Source: a virus | DNA: 64,000 nt | Direction: 5' to 3' (one strand) | IMG/VR virus record: IMGVR_UViG_3300008255_000132 | Location: 7,990 to 71,989 of that record | Shown here: positions 21,663 to 31,800 of the stretch, piece after piece | Layout: each line of letters begins with the position of its first letter | Numbering within the stretch: position 1 is the stretch's first letter | Made by a program: the position numbers and the translations under genes | Notes under the pieces: model-generated | The model's database searches: none | What the model saw: only the letters and a program-made list of their open reading frames with translations | What the model was told of the DNA's origin: nothing

Positions 21663-21931
21663 TGTCAGCTCCAGCTATAACGCTCTATTATCAAAGCGAC
21701 TGCGGCTTATGCCCGGCTGTAATTGAGGCCTGTGCATCTCGGGCAGAGGCTCTAGGTGCGCCTATCCTTATCCGTAAGCCGACGTTAGAGGAACTGAGGT
21801 CAGGGCGTATCCCTGGTTATCCAGCTCTTTTCGTGCCGGCTGGGGTCAAAGGCCTGGCCCGCCCCTACCTTCTCGTCGGAGCCGGCCTCGAAAACCTCCT
21901 TGACCAGTTATTGAGTTCTACGGATGGCTGA
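21662..21931 (+). CDS. Thioredoxin/glutaredoxin-like protein
   Basis: GTG at 21662 overlaps the upstream TAG. ITLYYQSD-CGLC-P plus the cis-Pro-type loop GYPALFV. Confidence 0.65.
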   Translation: MSAPAITLYYQSDCGLCPAVIEACASRAEALGAPILIRKPTLEELRSGRIPGYPALFVPAGVKGLARPYLLVGAGLENLLDQLLSSTDG

Positions 21932-24900
21932 CCTCAGGATTATATCTCAGACCCTCCCACTACTTTTTGTGGGGGATGACTACGCGGTCCGGCTCCAGGC
22001 CCGCGGTGGTACTGCTCCGTACACGTGGACATTAGACTCCGGCGCGCTCCCAAATGGGGTCAGCCTCGATGCGTCAACCGGTGAGCTCTCGGCGTCGGCT
22101 GTAGATCTACTTGCAACCGATGTAGGCGATTTTACGCCTACGTTCCTGGTTACAGACGCGGTCGCGACTACCAGCAGCCTATCGGTTACGCTCACGTTGC
22201 GACCTGCGTCATACCGCAGGGTCAGTGCCGTGTTACTAGACCCCAGGCTCGAATCACTACTCTCTATTTGGGATGTCGGTGTAGCGTCCCGTGCGCAGAT
22301 TGTAGCACACTTTGCGCAGGGTCCGGCCTATACCGCGATGACGCCTGCCGGCCTGTTCAAAGAGGATGTCTGTGTTCACTACGCAGATCAGATCTGCTAT
22401 AGTCAGACCACCGCAAGTCCGCAGAGCCCCGATACGGGCCCTGATCAGACCGTATGGGACAAGCTACAAGAGTTAGACCAGGGCGGGAAGATACTAGCTG
22501 AGCCTAAGATCATCACGATTACGGCTTATAGTTCGACCGAGACATCCGACACGCCTCAGATCGTCTCAGGTTTTGGCCATAACAGCGCATTACTTGGCGA
22601 AGGCCTAGGGCTTCACATTGTGGGCCACGATTACGGCCCAACTTACGGCAGCCCTGAGGATACGCTTGGATATTTCGCGCTAGCACAACGCTTTACGCTT
22701 CCAGGGGCGGCCAGCCCGGCTAGTGTGACATTGTACCTGAGTCGGTACAGTAGCCCCGCGACGCTAGGTAACCTGGTCGTAGGGTTGTCCACAGCGAGCC
22801 CCGGTAATGTGCATATCCCGGCTGGTACTACATCGAAAGCCTGGGGCGACGGTTCGTCTCTCGTCGCCAGCGGCTCTCTGAGCTTGGCTGATGTAACTCT
22901 TGATACAGCCAGGACAGCGTGGACGTCGGCTAACGCGTATTCGGTCACGCTAAACATGAATAGCCCGTATACAGGGCTTGATGCGAATCGGAACTACTAC
23001 CTTGTTGTTGGCGCTGACTTCAGCGGAAGCCCTTTCCTAGAGATTGCAGCCTCGGTTGATGATGTAGCCGATCTGGTCCCGGGTAGTGAAGCCGTGGCGC
23101 TGACCGCTGGTACCGGTAGCCCGTACCACAACCCGGGTATTACCGCCAGCCCGGTACTTTACGTACCGTATGAGCTTGCGGCTAGTCCAGTTGAGGTGAC
23201 GGGCATTGCTTTCAAGCTAACGGCGGCCTGGACCGACCCCATTGTGGGCGTTGTGGCGCTATCCGAGGTGGATCCGTACGCTACCGGCCCCACGATCTAT
23301 GACCGGTACTGGGTTGGTACCACGGATATGTCCGCGGCTGATACTAGGGACATCGCGTTCCGGATTATCGACGGCTATGAGCGCACAAGCGGTAGTCCCG
23401 TACTGGATCAAACCAACTTTGATGAGCTGGTCGATGCCTACGGAAACCAGGCTAGTATTGTCGAGGTGCAGACTACTACTGGCGTTGAGGTTGTGCCTAG
23501 TGGGGGTGGCCAAACGGATGCCGACGGCTTTCTCACGACGGGTGGCGCACGGCTCCGTGTCCAGCTTTTACCGAATTCTCGTGGAACTCTTCCAGAGCTC
23601 CCATTCCGCGTCTTGGCCGGGAGTCGTCGAGCTCTTGCCAACTTGAGCGCGGATAGTCTGATCCGTACCGCGAACAAGACGGGGTCGACTGACGCGGCTG
23701 TTCTGGCTGCTATTGCCGCAGTCAACCCGTCGAACCCGCTTCTGAGCCTGAGCCAATCTCTCAAACCAGACGCATCAGGCAACATTGAGCTCACGACGGG
23801 TAGTGGCGCTTTGGCTTGGGTCCTGAACGCCGGCTCATTTACAGCTGAGCTTCGATTCGCGGCACAGATCGTGGCCACAAACCAGGGCAGCAGCCCACAA
23901 GGATCAATCGACTTCGACAACGATGGCGTCTTGACCCTGGATGCAGCCGATAGCTCGATCACTCTAACCCCGATCCCAAGTTCTAACACGATTCGGATTG
24001 CGGCCGATAGCGGTATTACGACGCTAAATACGGTAGCACCAGATGGATCCGGCGGTCTTAGCCTAATTGCGGGCACGGACACGACGCATGCTACTCAGGT
24101 ATTCACTACGATCGCAGCCGGTTCGGTATCGAACACTATTGAGATCGGTACCAACATCCCAGACGCAACCACAATTGCGGCGGGCCTACTCGGGGTTACT
24201 GATAAGCAGCGAATTGATGCGTTGTTCGCTGGTAATGATGACGTAACTACGGTGGTAACCGGTGGCCTAGCCGGCGGGCACGCGCATGAATCTACAGCAC
24301 TAGCCCTAGGCCGCACTTTGGGCGGTTACTCGACATTGCTCAGCTCTATGAGCATCGCCGATGCGATCGAGGCTCTCAACTTAGTGCTTGCAGCTCAGTT
24401 TACGACTGCATCGGAGGCACCAAACCTGATCACGGTAACCACTAGCTATGTAGATTTTGCTAGTGGGTACCTATCGCTTGGTTCTAATATCAACTACGCA
24501 AGCCCTACCCACATAGCCGGGGCGGCTATCACTGATCTTGTTGAGGCCTCGGCCGGTACTGTGATCACGGTCACTTCGACCCCGTTCGGAAACCCGGGTA
24601 ATGCAGGTACAGTTCGTGTTCAGCTTGAGAATAGCCCAGGCGCAACCAGCCCGTGGTACACGCTTGAGCTTTTGGATCTAGACCAAACCTATTCGAACTC
24701 GTTAGCGGCTATAGGCGGTAGCCCGCCAAATTACACATCGGTGGCCAGTCACATGCAGGCCAACCCGCTGAACGCGTTGGGCGGGGCCACGACCAAGATC
24801 AGCTTTGCCAGCGTGAGCTACTCCGGATTGAGCCTAGCGGCTGCGCCTGTGTTTGAGCTCCAGATCCGGGCCACACCGGTGCTATCCGATCTACCCAATA

Positions 24901-26456
24901 CGTTCGGGCATAACCGGATCAGGTTGTTTCAAGATACGGGAGCATCGACCTACGCGTCAAATGCGATAACTCTGGTCAAGGATGAGTACGCTGGGGCTAA
25001 CGATCCTGTGATAACGACAGCCGTAATTCAACTCCCGACAACTGTAGTCCCGGTTTGGCTAAGCGGGGTCCCGCACTATCCGGCAGCTACTGATCCGGCG
25101 TTTAGGTTCACGGCCGAGAATCTGTTCGATATTGCCTACGTCCAGCAGCCGATCCGGGTCTACGATGCTGACGATAGTCCGACTCAGATCACGTTCCAGT
25201 ACTACGATACTGAGACCGCGAGCCCGCACAGCACGGCCTGGGTCCCGAGCCCGATCGATGTGTTTCAGATCGGTATAGCGGCGGAGCCTTACTCGATTAC
25301 GACTAAGGATATGACTTTCCTAGTCGGTACCAACGAGATTTCGAGCCGTACCCTGACGCTAGAAGTTTCGGATCCGCACGGTGTTCAGGCAACCCAAGCC
25401 TTGATCTACGCGGATCCGACCGCAAGCCCGGGGCGGCTCCTTCACACAGGGCGTGCCGGCCTCAGTGCTGGTGGTCTACAGAGCGAGACGTTTGCCAATG
25501 AGAAATATCGCATCGATCCATTGGATTGGGGCGGTGTTGACCTAGCCAGCCCTGTGGCTAGTCCCGTATTCACCCTGATCACGATTCAGCCGGCTGGTAA
25601 CGGGACTACAGACAGTGACACATATGGCTGGCCTAACGAGACGGCACTGACTGAGTTCTCGGCTGCCAATACGTGGAACGCGACCACGGGCAGCTTGAGT
25701 GCGGCGACGCGTTCCGGTGTTAGTGTGGCCTACGATGCAGGTGTCTTGAGCTCACTCCCGGCTGAGGTCACGGACCTGGGTCTGGTCCACCCGGGCTACA
25801 GTGCGCTCTACAACTTTGCTGACCATAGTTATGCGCCGGCCGAAACAAGCCCTTACAACGCGTATGGCGCGCTAAGCAGCCCGCTAAACTACTATGATGC
25901 GTATTATGCGCAGGGCTCGGTTGTTTACTACCGCCTATTCCAATCGAGCACAGCCACAAACCAGGGCCGGCTTCGTATATACGGCTACAACAGGAGCGCG
26001 GCGAGTCCGATCCCTACTATCTTGAGTCACGAAGATGTCGGCAGCCCAATCAGCACATCTGATATGACTGGATCGTTCCTAAACCTGGGCCCGGCGGCGA
26101 GCCCGACTCCGGTCATGAGTGGCGTCAGTCTTGAGGTTAAGTACCCGAGCGCGACACGGACCCCAATTGGTAATCCAGGCGCGACCGGTTGGCTCGACGC
26201 CTTGACTGAGCCAGGTTCCAGTTTGTACGCTATGGGTGAAGACGGGTACGGGGCGCTTGACACCTCGGTACACAGTACCGGCATGGTCCAAGGTGCTGGT
26301 TATGTTGACGTGTACTGGCGTACTGGGTCGTACACGACCGGGATGAGTAACAAACAGGCCGTAGTCCGGGTCGGGTTGCACGATAAAGGTTTTGTGATCA
26401 CGGGTGTGGATATGCTCAACCAGAGTACGGACACACCCTGGAGTAACGGGGCCTGA
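21924..26456 (+). CDS. Large virion surface/fibre protein with N-terminal Ig (He_PIG-like) domain
   Basis: GGTAPYTWTLDSGALPNGVSLDASTGELS; fibre motifs LKPDASGNIEL, VAPDGSGGLSL and ATTIAAGLLGVTDKQRID; strongly Ser-Pro rich. Confidence 0.7.
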   Translation: MADLRIISQTLPLLFVGDDYAVRLQARGGTAPYTWTLDSGALPNGVSLDASTGELSASAVDLLATDVGDFTPTFLVTDAVATTSSLSVTLTLRPASYRRVSAVLLDPRLESLLSIWDVGVASRAQIVAHFAQGPAYTAMTPAGLFKEDVCVHYADQICYSQTTASPQSPDTGPDQTVWDKLQELDQGGKILAEPKIITITAYSSTETSDTPQIVSGFGHNSALLGEGLGLHIVGHDYGPTYGSPEDTLGYFALAQRFTLPGAASPASVTLYLSRYSSPATLGNLVVGLSTASPGNVHIPAGTTSKAWGDGSSLVASGSLSLADVTLDTARTAWTSANAYSVTLNMNSPYTGLDANRNYYLVVGADFSGSPFLEIAASVDDVADLVPGSEAVALTAGTGSPYHNPGITASPVLYVPYELAASPVEVTGIAFKLTAAWTDPIVGVVALSEVDPYATGPTIYDRYWVGTTDMSAADTRDIAFRIIDGYERTSGSPVLDQTNFDELVDAYGNQASIVEVQTTTGVEVVPSGGGQTDADGFLTTGGARLRVQLLPNSRGTLPELPFRVLAGSRRALANLSADSLIRTANKTGSTDAAVLAAIAAVNPSNPLLSLSQSLKPDASGNIELTTGSGALAWVLNAGSFTAELRFAAQIVATNQGSSPQGSIDFDNDGVLTLDAADSSITLTPIPSSNTIRIAADSGITTLNTVAPDGSGGLSLIAGTDTTHATQVFTTIAAGSVSNTIEIGTNIPDATTIAAGLLGVTDKQRIDALFAGNDDVTTVVTGGLAGGHAHESTALALGRTLGGYSTLLSSMSIADAIEALNLVLAAQFTTASEAPNLITVTTSYVDFASGYLSLGSNINYASPTHIAGAAITDLVEASAGTVITVTSTPFGNPGNAGTVRVQLENSPGATSPWYTLELLDLDQTYSNSLAAIGGSPPNYTSVASHMQANPLNALGGATTKISFASVSYSGLSLAAAPVFELQIRATPVLSDLPNTFGHNRIRLFQDTGASTYASNAITLVKDEYAGANDPVITTAVIQLPTTVVPVWLSGVPHYPAATDPAFRFTAENLFDIAYVQQPIRVYDADDSPTQITFQYYDTETASPHSTAWVPSPIDVFQIGIAAEPYSITTKDMTFLVGTNEISSRTLTLEVSDPHGVQATQALIYADPTASPGRLLHTGRAGLSAGGLQSETFANEKYRIDPLDWGGVDLASPVASPVFTLITIQPAGNGTTDSDTYGWPNETALTEFSAANTWNATTGSLSAATRSGVSVAYDAGVLSSLPAEVTDLGLVHPGYSALYNFADHSYAPAETSPYNAYGALSSPLNYYDAYYAQGSVVYYRLFQSSTATNQGRLRIYGYNRSAASPIPTILSHEDVGSPISTSDMTGSFLNLGPAASPTPVMSGVSLEVKYPSATRTPIGNPGATGWLDALTEPGSSLYAMGEDGYGALDTSVHSTGMVQGAGYVDVYWRTGSYTTGMSNKQAVVRVGLHDKGFVITGVDMLNQSTDTPWSNGA

Positions 26457-26498
26457 TTACTAACGGTCACGCTTAATCGGTGCTGTGAATAAGATCAA

Positions 26499-26900
26499 AT
26501 GAAAAAGACCAATACTGAGATTCTGTCAGATACTGTCCTCTCCAAGTTGGCCGAAGCCGCGAACGACCGAGACCGTTCGGATTCGGTGTGCGGCTCAAGC
26601 AAGCTGGCGGCATTCATCGACGGTATGGCGCACACCTTCACTAGACATGGAGCAGTCAGTGCCGGTCCAGCGCGTGAGCCGCGCCAGAGTCACGCATCAA
26701 TCTTGACGGGTATGGTTGATAAGTTGGCCGCCATGGATGAGGACGGCAGTGTCTACAATATGGAGCCGACCGAATCCAAAGGACCAGATAAGGACGAGAA
26801 GAAGAGGCTTGCTAAGAATCGGATCCGTCTACGTGATCAGATGAGGGGCGCGAGGACAGTCAGCACCGAATCTGCCAACGAGGACGGGAACACAGAATGA
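26499..26900 (+). CDS. Hypothetical protein with KxA motifs (putative head-internal protein)
   Basis: 133 aa; LSKLAE, SKLAAFIDGM, MVDKLAA; charged C-terminus. Confidence 0.6.
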   Translation: MKKTNTEILSDTVLSKLAEAANDRDRSDSVCGSSKLAAFIDGMAHTFTRHGAVSAGPAREPRQSHASILTGMVDKLAAMDEDGSVYNMEPTESKGPDKDEKKRLAKNRIRLRDQMRGARTVSTESANEDGNTE

Positions 26901-27022
26901 AGTCAGCATACGCATTTGGAAGCCGGCTGACGACCAGGCTGGCTGAGGCTTACGTTAGTTGCGGTATGCTGGTCAAAGGTTTCTGGGACGTGCACCGGGG
27001 TTGCTAGCACCTGTATATCGGC

Positions 27023-27952
27023 ATGGCACTGAGCGATATTACGATCGAGTCCTACATTGAGAGCCTCATCAAGAGGGCTCAAGGCCAGGGGCATACATCG
27101 GAGTCGTTCGGTCTTTATGAGGACCCAGCACCGCGTAGCGGTCCTGGATCTGGGTTACCTAGCCACCCGATACTGCACGCGAATCAGATCATCGGGGATA
27201 CCCTGGTGGTCCCGCCCCCGGATCTCGGGCATCTAGGCGACAACGGGACTATCAAGCAGTTCGGTAATCAGTGGGTTACGACACCCTGCGTCGCGATGCG
27301 TTTGACCGAGATTACGACGGTCGGCGATAGTCGGGCTTGGATCGCGGTTGACGGTGTTGACGCTACGGTTGACGAGCCCTGGGCGTTCAAGGCGCCGGGT
27401 GTCGGATTCCTTGATACCTGGGTCAATGGGGACGCGGCCGCGTCCGCGGTCCAGAACTCTAACGGGTATTCGTACAAGGCTCGGTTTTGGTGGGGTGAGC
27501 CTGAACCTATCAACGAAATAGATTTCGCGGTCCACCCAAGCAAGCCGTTCTGGGATCCGAGCACTGGTATCTTGGTTTGGGCCAAAGCGAGTCCGTATGC
27601 ATCGATCATCGCGCCGGCATCACCGCTCTGGTTCACTGGGTACCTTTATACAGGCTCTACAGTTAAGAGTCTACTCAACGCGGCCGGCGGTTCTAGTAAC
27701 CCTTGGACACGTGTCGTAGGTTGTATTAACGGCGGCACAGCTGGTGTTGGTATTTTGGGTATGGCTGTGACCTATGACATCACGTTGGAGGTGTACAACA
27801 CTACAACAGCGCTTGTCTATCAGAACGGAGTCCTGCTCAAGCCAATCGTGGACTACACGTTCCCTACCACAACATCATTGCGCTTCACGCAAACGCGTCG
27901 CCGGCTTTCGGGTGGCGATGAGATTCAGGCCCAGTACGAGACGGCATCATGA
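27023..27952 (+). CDS. Putative virion structural protein
   Basis: 309 aa; C-terminal ALVYQNGVLLKPIVDYTF..GDEIQAQY repeat typical of large-phage structural proteins. Confidence 0.6.
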   Translation: MALSDITIESYIESLIKRAQGQGHTSESFGLYEDPAPRSGPGSGLPSHPILHANQIIGDTLVVPPPDLGHLGDNGTIKQFGNQWVTTPCVAMRLTEITTVGDSRAWIAVDGVDATVDEPWAFKAPGVGFLDTWVNGDAAASAVQNSNGYSYKARFWWGEPEPINEIDFAVHPSKPFWDPSTGILVWAKASPYASIIAPASPLWFTGYLYTGSTVKSLLNAAGGSSNPWTRVVGCINGGTAGVGILGMAVTYDITLEVYNTTTALVYQNGVLLKPIVDYTFPTTTSLRFTQTRRRLSGGDEIQAQYETAS

Positions 27953-28875
27953 CTATGGTAACCCCGGGACTAGTTTCACTGGCAGTCCGTTTTAAGATTG
28001 ATGGTGTTGATCAACAGGTCGAGGCGTTGCGGGCCGAGGTCTACAATTCGCTTGGTGTATTGCAGCACACGGCCGTGTTCGGCAGCCCGGTCGGAGGAAT
28101 TGAGATCACGGAAGTAATCGCAAGCCCGGACATCACCTATGAGATTACGGATCTTGATGTATCCGACCACCTGGCATGGCCTGGTGCCTTTCTTACTGTG
28201 GCATGGACCGTGTTGGACAGTCCAGCTGTGTTTGATCCTGAGACTAAATTCTATTCTTTTATCCCTACGTCACCACTCCCCAGCACGAGCACAGTGTTGA
28301 CTTGGGCGCCAACCAGGGCTGAACCTCTGTTCGTTGGATACACGATATACCGCCGGCTGCCGGACCAGACCGCGTGGACCTATGTAGGTAGTTCCGACTT
28401 CCCGGCTTTCGTCGATACGGCTGAGTTCAGCTCGGAGCTCCTGGCACTGACCGCCGAGTATGAAATCCGGGTCTTGACTCAGGACAATTCAGACCCTACT
28501 GGGACTGAGCTAGCCGAGGTCGCAATGACCCAAACTCTGACATTATCTAAGTACCGGACTGATCAGTCCCTATGCTTAGTTGTGGGCCAGATTGTGGATG
28601 TAGGGGGCCGTCCAGATACGGATCAGATCGTAAACTTCTTCATACACGCGAAGGATGCGCCGACTACGCTTGGCCTGACCACCTTCAAACAGGCGGCTGT
28701 GACCGTGCCCCTTACGGCCTACGGTAAATTCGCGGCGCATCTGGTCCAAGGCACCCTGGTAACGTGTGAGATACCGAGCGCAGGCTACACTGCGCGTTTC
28801 GTGGTCCCGACCCAACCTTCGGCATTGTTGGCCGATCTGACCACGATCCCCGTCGAACTTCTCAGGGGCGAATAG
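27949..28875 (+). CDS. Structural protein with FN3/Ig-like domain
   Basis: LTWAP..GYTIYRR..WTYVG..FVDT FN3-like signature; ATGA overlap. Confidence 0.55.
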   Translation: MTMVTPGLVSLAVRFKIDGVDQQVEALRAEVYNSLGVLQHTAVFGSPVGGIEITEVIASPDITYEITDLDVSDHLAWPGAFLTVAWTVLDSPAVFDPETKFYSFIPTSPLPSTSTVLTWAPTRAEPLFVGYTIYRRLPDQTAWTYVGSSDFPAFVDTAEFSSELLALTAEYEIRVLTQDNSDPTGTELAEVAMTQTLTLSKYRTDQSLCLVVGQIVDVGGRPDTDQIVNFFIHAKDAPTTLGLTTFKQAAVTVPLTAYGKFAAHLVQGTLVTCEIPSAGYTARFVVPTQPSALLADLTTIPVELLRGE

Positions 28876-31800
28876 ATGGCTAACCAGGACTACACCACAA
28901 CCCAGTACATCACGTTGAAGAAGCCGCTCAGCGGCAGCTTCCAGAATATCTGGGATATACCGCTCAACGAGAACTGGGACAGCATCGCAGCCCTCTTCGC
29001 AGGTGCCGTAGAGGTCGGCCACACCCACAGCGGAGCTGATGGGCAGGGTCCGCAGATCGATCATGATGGGCTGCTGAACACAGGGTCTAACACTCACAGC
29101 GATATCGACGCGCATATCGCCGATGCGTCGGTTCATGCTGATACCATGATCGGGACCATCAGCGGTGACGACCTGAACGGTGCGTTGGTTACGGTCAACG
29201 GTGTAGCCCACATCAAGTTCTATAACGCCACGATCGCGGACAGCGGAAGTGGTGTGGTAAGTGTCACGGCGGTCGGGACCGGTACCGTACCTGAGCTGTT
29301 TTCTCGAACGCAGAGCGCGCCGATCACTTGGACTGATAATTTCAATTGGCCACATGGTTCGGGGCTAGACGGGCACTGCTGGAGCACGGTACAGCCTTCG
29401 GATCAACATCCTAAGTTCCTCGTTAAAGGCCCCAGCGCGTCAGGCCCAGGTACTCTGGTACACATCGATATCGATGGTGCAGCCCAATCCCAGGGTTACT
29501 CTTTGAACCACGCGACGTGCCACATCCCGCACGGGACGGCACAACGCATTACGGTCCGTGTCGATCGGTTCAACACGGCTCAGGGTGCAAGTATCGCAAC
29601 AGCCGATGATGTAACCCTGACCCTAGATATTCTTTCAGCTACGATCGGCAAAAGTTTTGATAGGCCATCAGCCTTCGGCCTGAGCCTTGTTATCAATAAA
29701 CCGGCTGGTGCCGACACCTTGGACTTCGCCCTAAGTCTGAGGCCACACGGGACCGATGATAATCAGGAGGTTATCTGGACCGATTTCTCGGGCCCGCTAC
29801 CCACGGCGTACGCCGGTTCTTTCGATATCCTGCCACAGGATTTCTTCGTTGGTTGTCACGAGTTTAGCCTGCGGCGTGACGCGTCGGTGATCGGTGCATT
29901 CTGGCTCCAGTACTACTACAACGAGGGCTTGGTATTCCGGAAGTACTTCGACCCGAGCAGTACGGACGCGACCACGGCCTTGTTTGCCAGCGAGCTCCAG
30001 AACCTGATCACGAATTTGGGAAACTGGTCCGTATCCCAGCCTGCTTACGGCCGTATTGGCTGGGGCCTGGGCTACAACATGGTATCTGCCGATACTCTGG
30101 TGTGTGAGCTTGGCTGTGTTACCATCGGATCCCAGGACGACCTTGAAGTCGTTACGGGCCCGCTCACCCCATACCCGGATACGATTGACCCGCCGGTGCC
30201 GGTCGCGTCTCCGTGCTGTCCTGATTACCCGGATTTTGCCGGCCTCGTGGTCGGCGATACGTGGGATTTTGATGGGCCAGGCTCGGGCCTCTCGGCTGAT
30301 CAATGGGAGATCGTAGGCCTAATATCGACTGAATACGGGGTTCAGAACGGCGAAGGGTTCGAGGTCTGGAACATCAACAACGACTCGTACTGGCCTGTGT
30401 TCTGCGCCCCACCAACGGCCACGCAAGAGGCTCAACCTACCCAGATCACTGGCTACGAGAGCAGTAATACCCTGGTTCTGACTGGGATCGCGCTTCCGAC
30501 TGGGGGCAATGAACACGCCAGGATTGAGCTGGCTTTTGGTGACAGTACGTGGCCATTGACCTGGTTGAACCCAGGTGGTTCACAGTTTTTCAACGCGAGT
30601 GATCCGGTAGGCTCTGGAGATGCGACGGTCTATAACGGAATCTTAACGGTCTCAGGCATGACCTGGACCGCAGAGCCCGCAGGTACTAGCCGGTTGACGC
30701 TGACCTACTCTACTGGACCGAATTTACCCTGGAACCGAACACTAGATATCACGGTTCGACCTGGCTACGACGACCTGTTGGCATCTGACTACTCAGCGAC
30801 CTGGTCTGATGTGGTCAAGGTGGTGCCGGCGGCGGCGCTTACCACGCTGCCAGGCGCCGGCCTCAGTGTCGCATACTGGGATGATGTGACTGATCCAGCC
30901 AACCCTGTTTGGACCAAGGCTAGTGCCGTGGTACCGGTTCCTGAAGGCTCCTGGGTATATGTCACGGTCTCGGCGGCAAACTGGCCGATTGGCGCGATGT
31001 TCTGGGACCAAGGTGGCGGTTTCCAGGACTGGACTATCGAGGATACAGCGACTGGTGGTGTGCTGGTTCCTGGTGAGTATGGCATCAACTTCCTACCAGC
31101 CGCCGGCTTGACCCTGCTCTGGAGTCGGTTCACGCCAGATACTGTTCCGAGCACATTATCAGGGGCCCTGCCAGCCTTCATCTCTGGTACTACCCTACTA
31201 GGCTCTGACCCATTTACCACGCTCCCACCAGATTACGTGTTAGGTAGTGCGCCGGTGACCGGTCTCGGGGCTGTTCAGCTATACGCGATCTTCAAGCTTG
31301 ATGACGACTACTACACGGCTCAGGGTTCGAGTGTGCCGGTCAATCTCGCACTGCGTAACCCACTGACCGGAGCCTCGGTCGGTAATGGCGGGCTGCCGGA
31401 GACCGTGATCAGCCAGGTCAATCCGCGCAAGCCTGTGGTCGACCTGGACTCGAAGACAATCAGTACTACCATGTACACACCCGGTGAGTCCGGTGTATCC
31501 ATCAGTTTTGACGCGTTGTACATCGATGCGGTTGACAACACGATTGAGTGCGGCATGACTGGCGGTTGGGATCCGTCGGTCCCGACCACAATCACGATCG
31601 ATACGGCATCGCCTCACAGCATGACGCTGACGGACCTGGGGACCGGGTATGTGCGTTGCACCGTAGGCGGCCTGACCCTTGGTGCTGGCGGTGTGTTGCG
31701 CACAACAATCAAAAACGCACTGATCCCGGATCCGCTACCGAACATAGCTACGTTGAGTTGGGGCACGATCAGCACGCTTACGGTACCCAGCATCAGTCAG

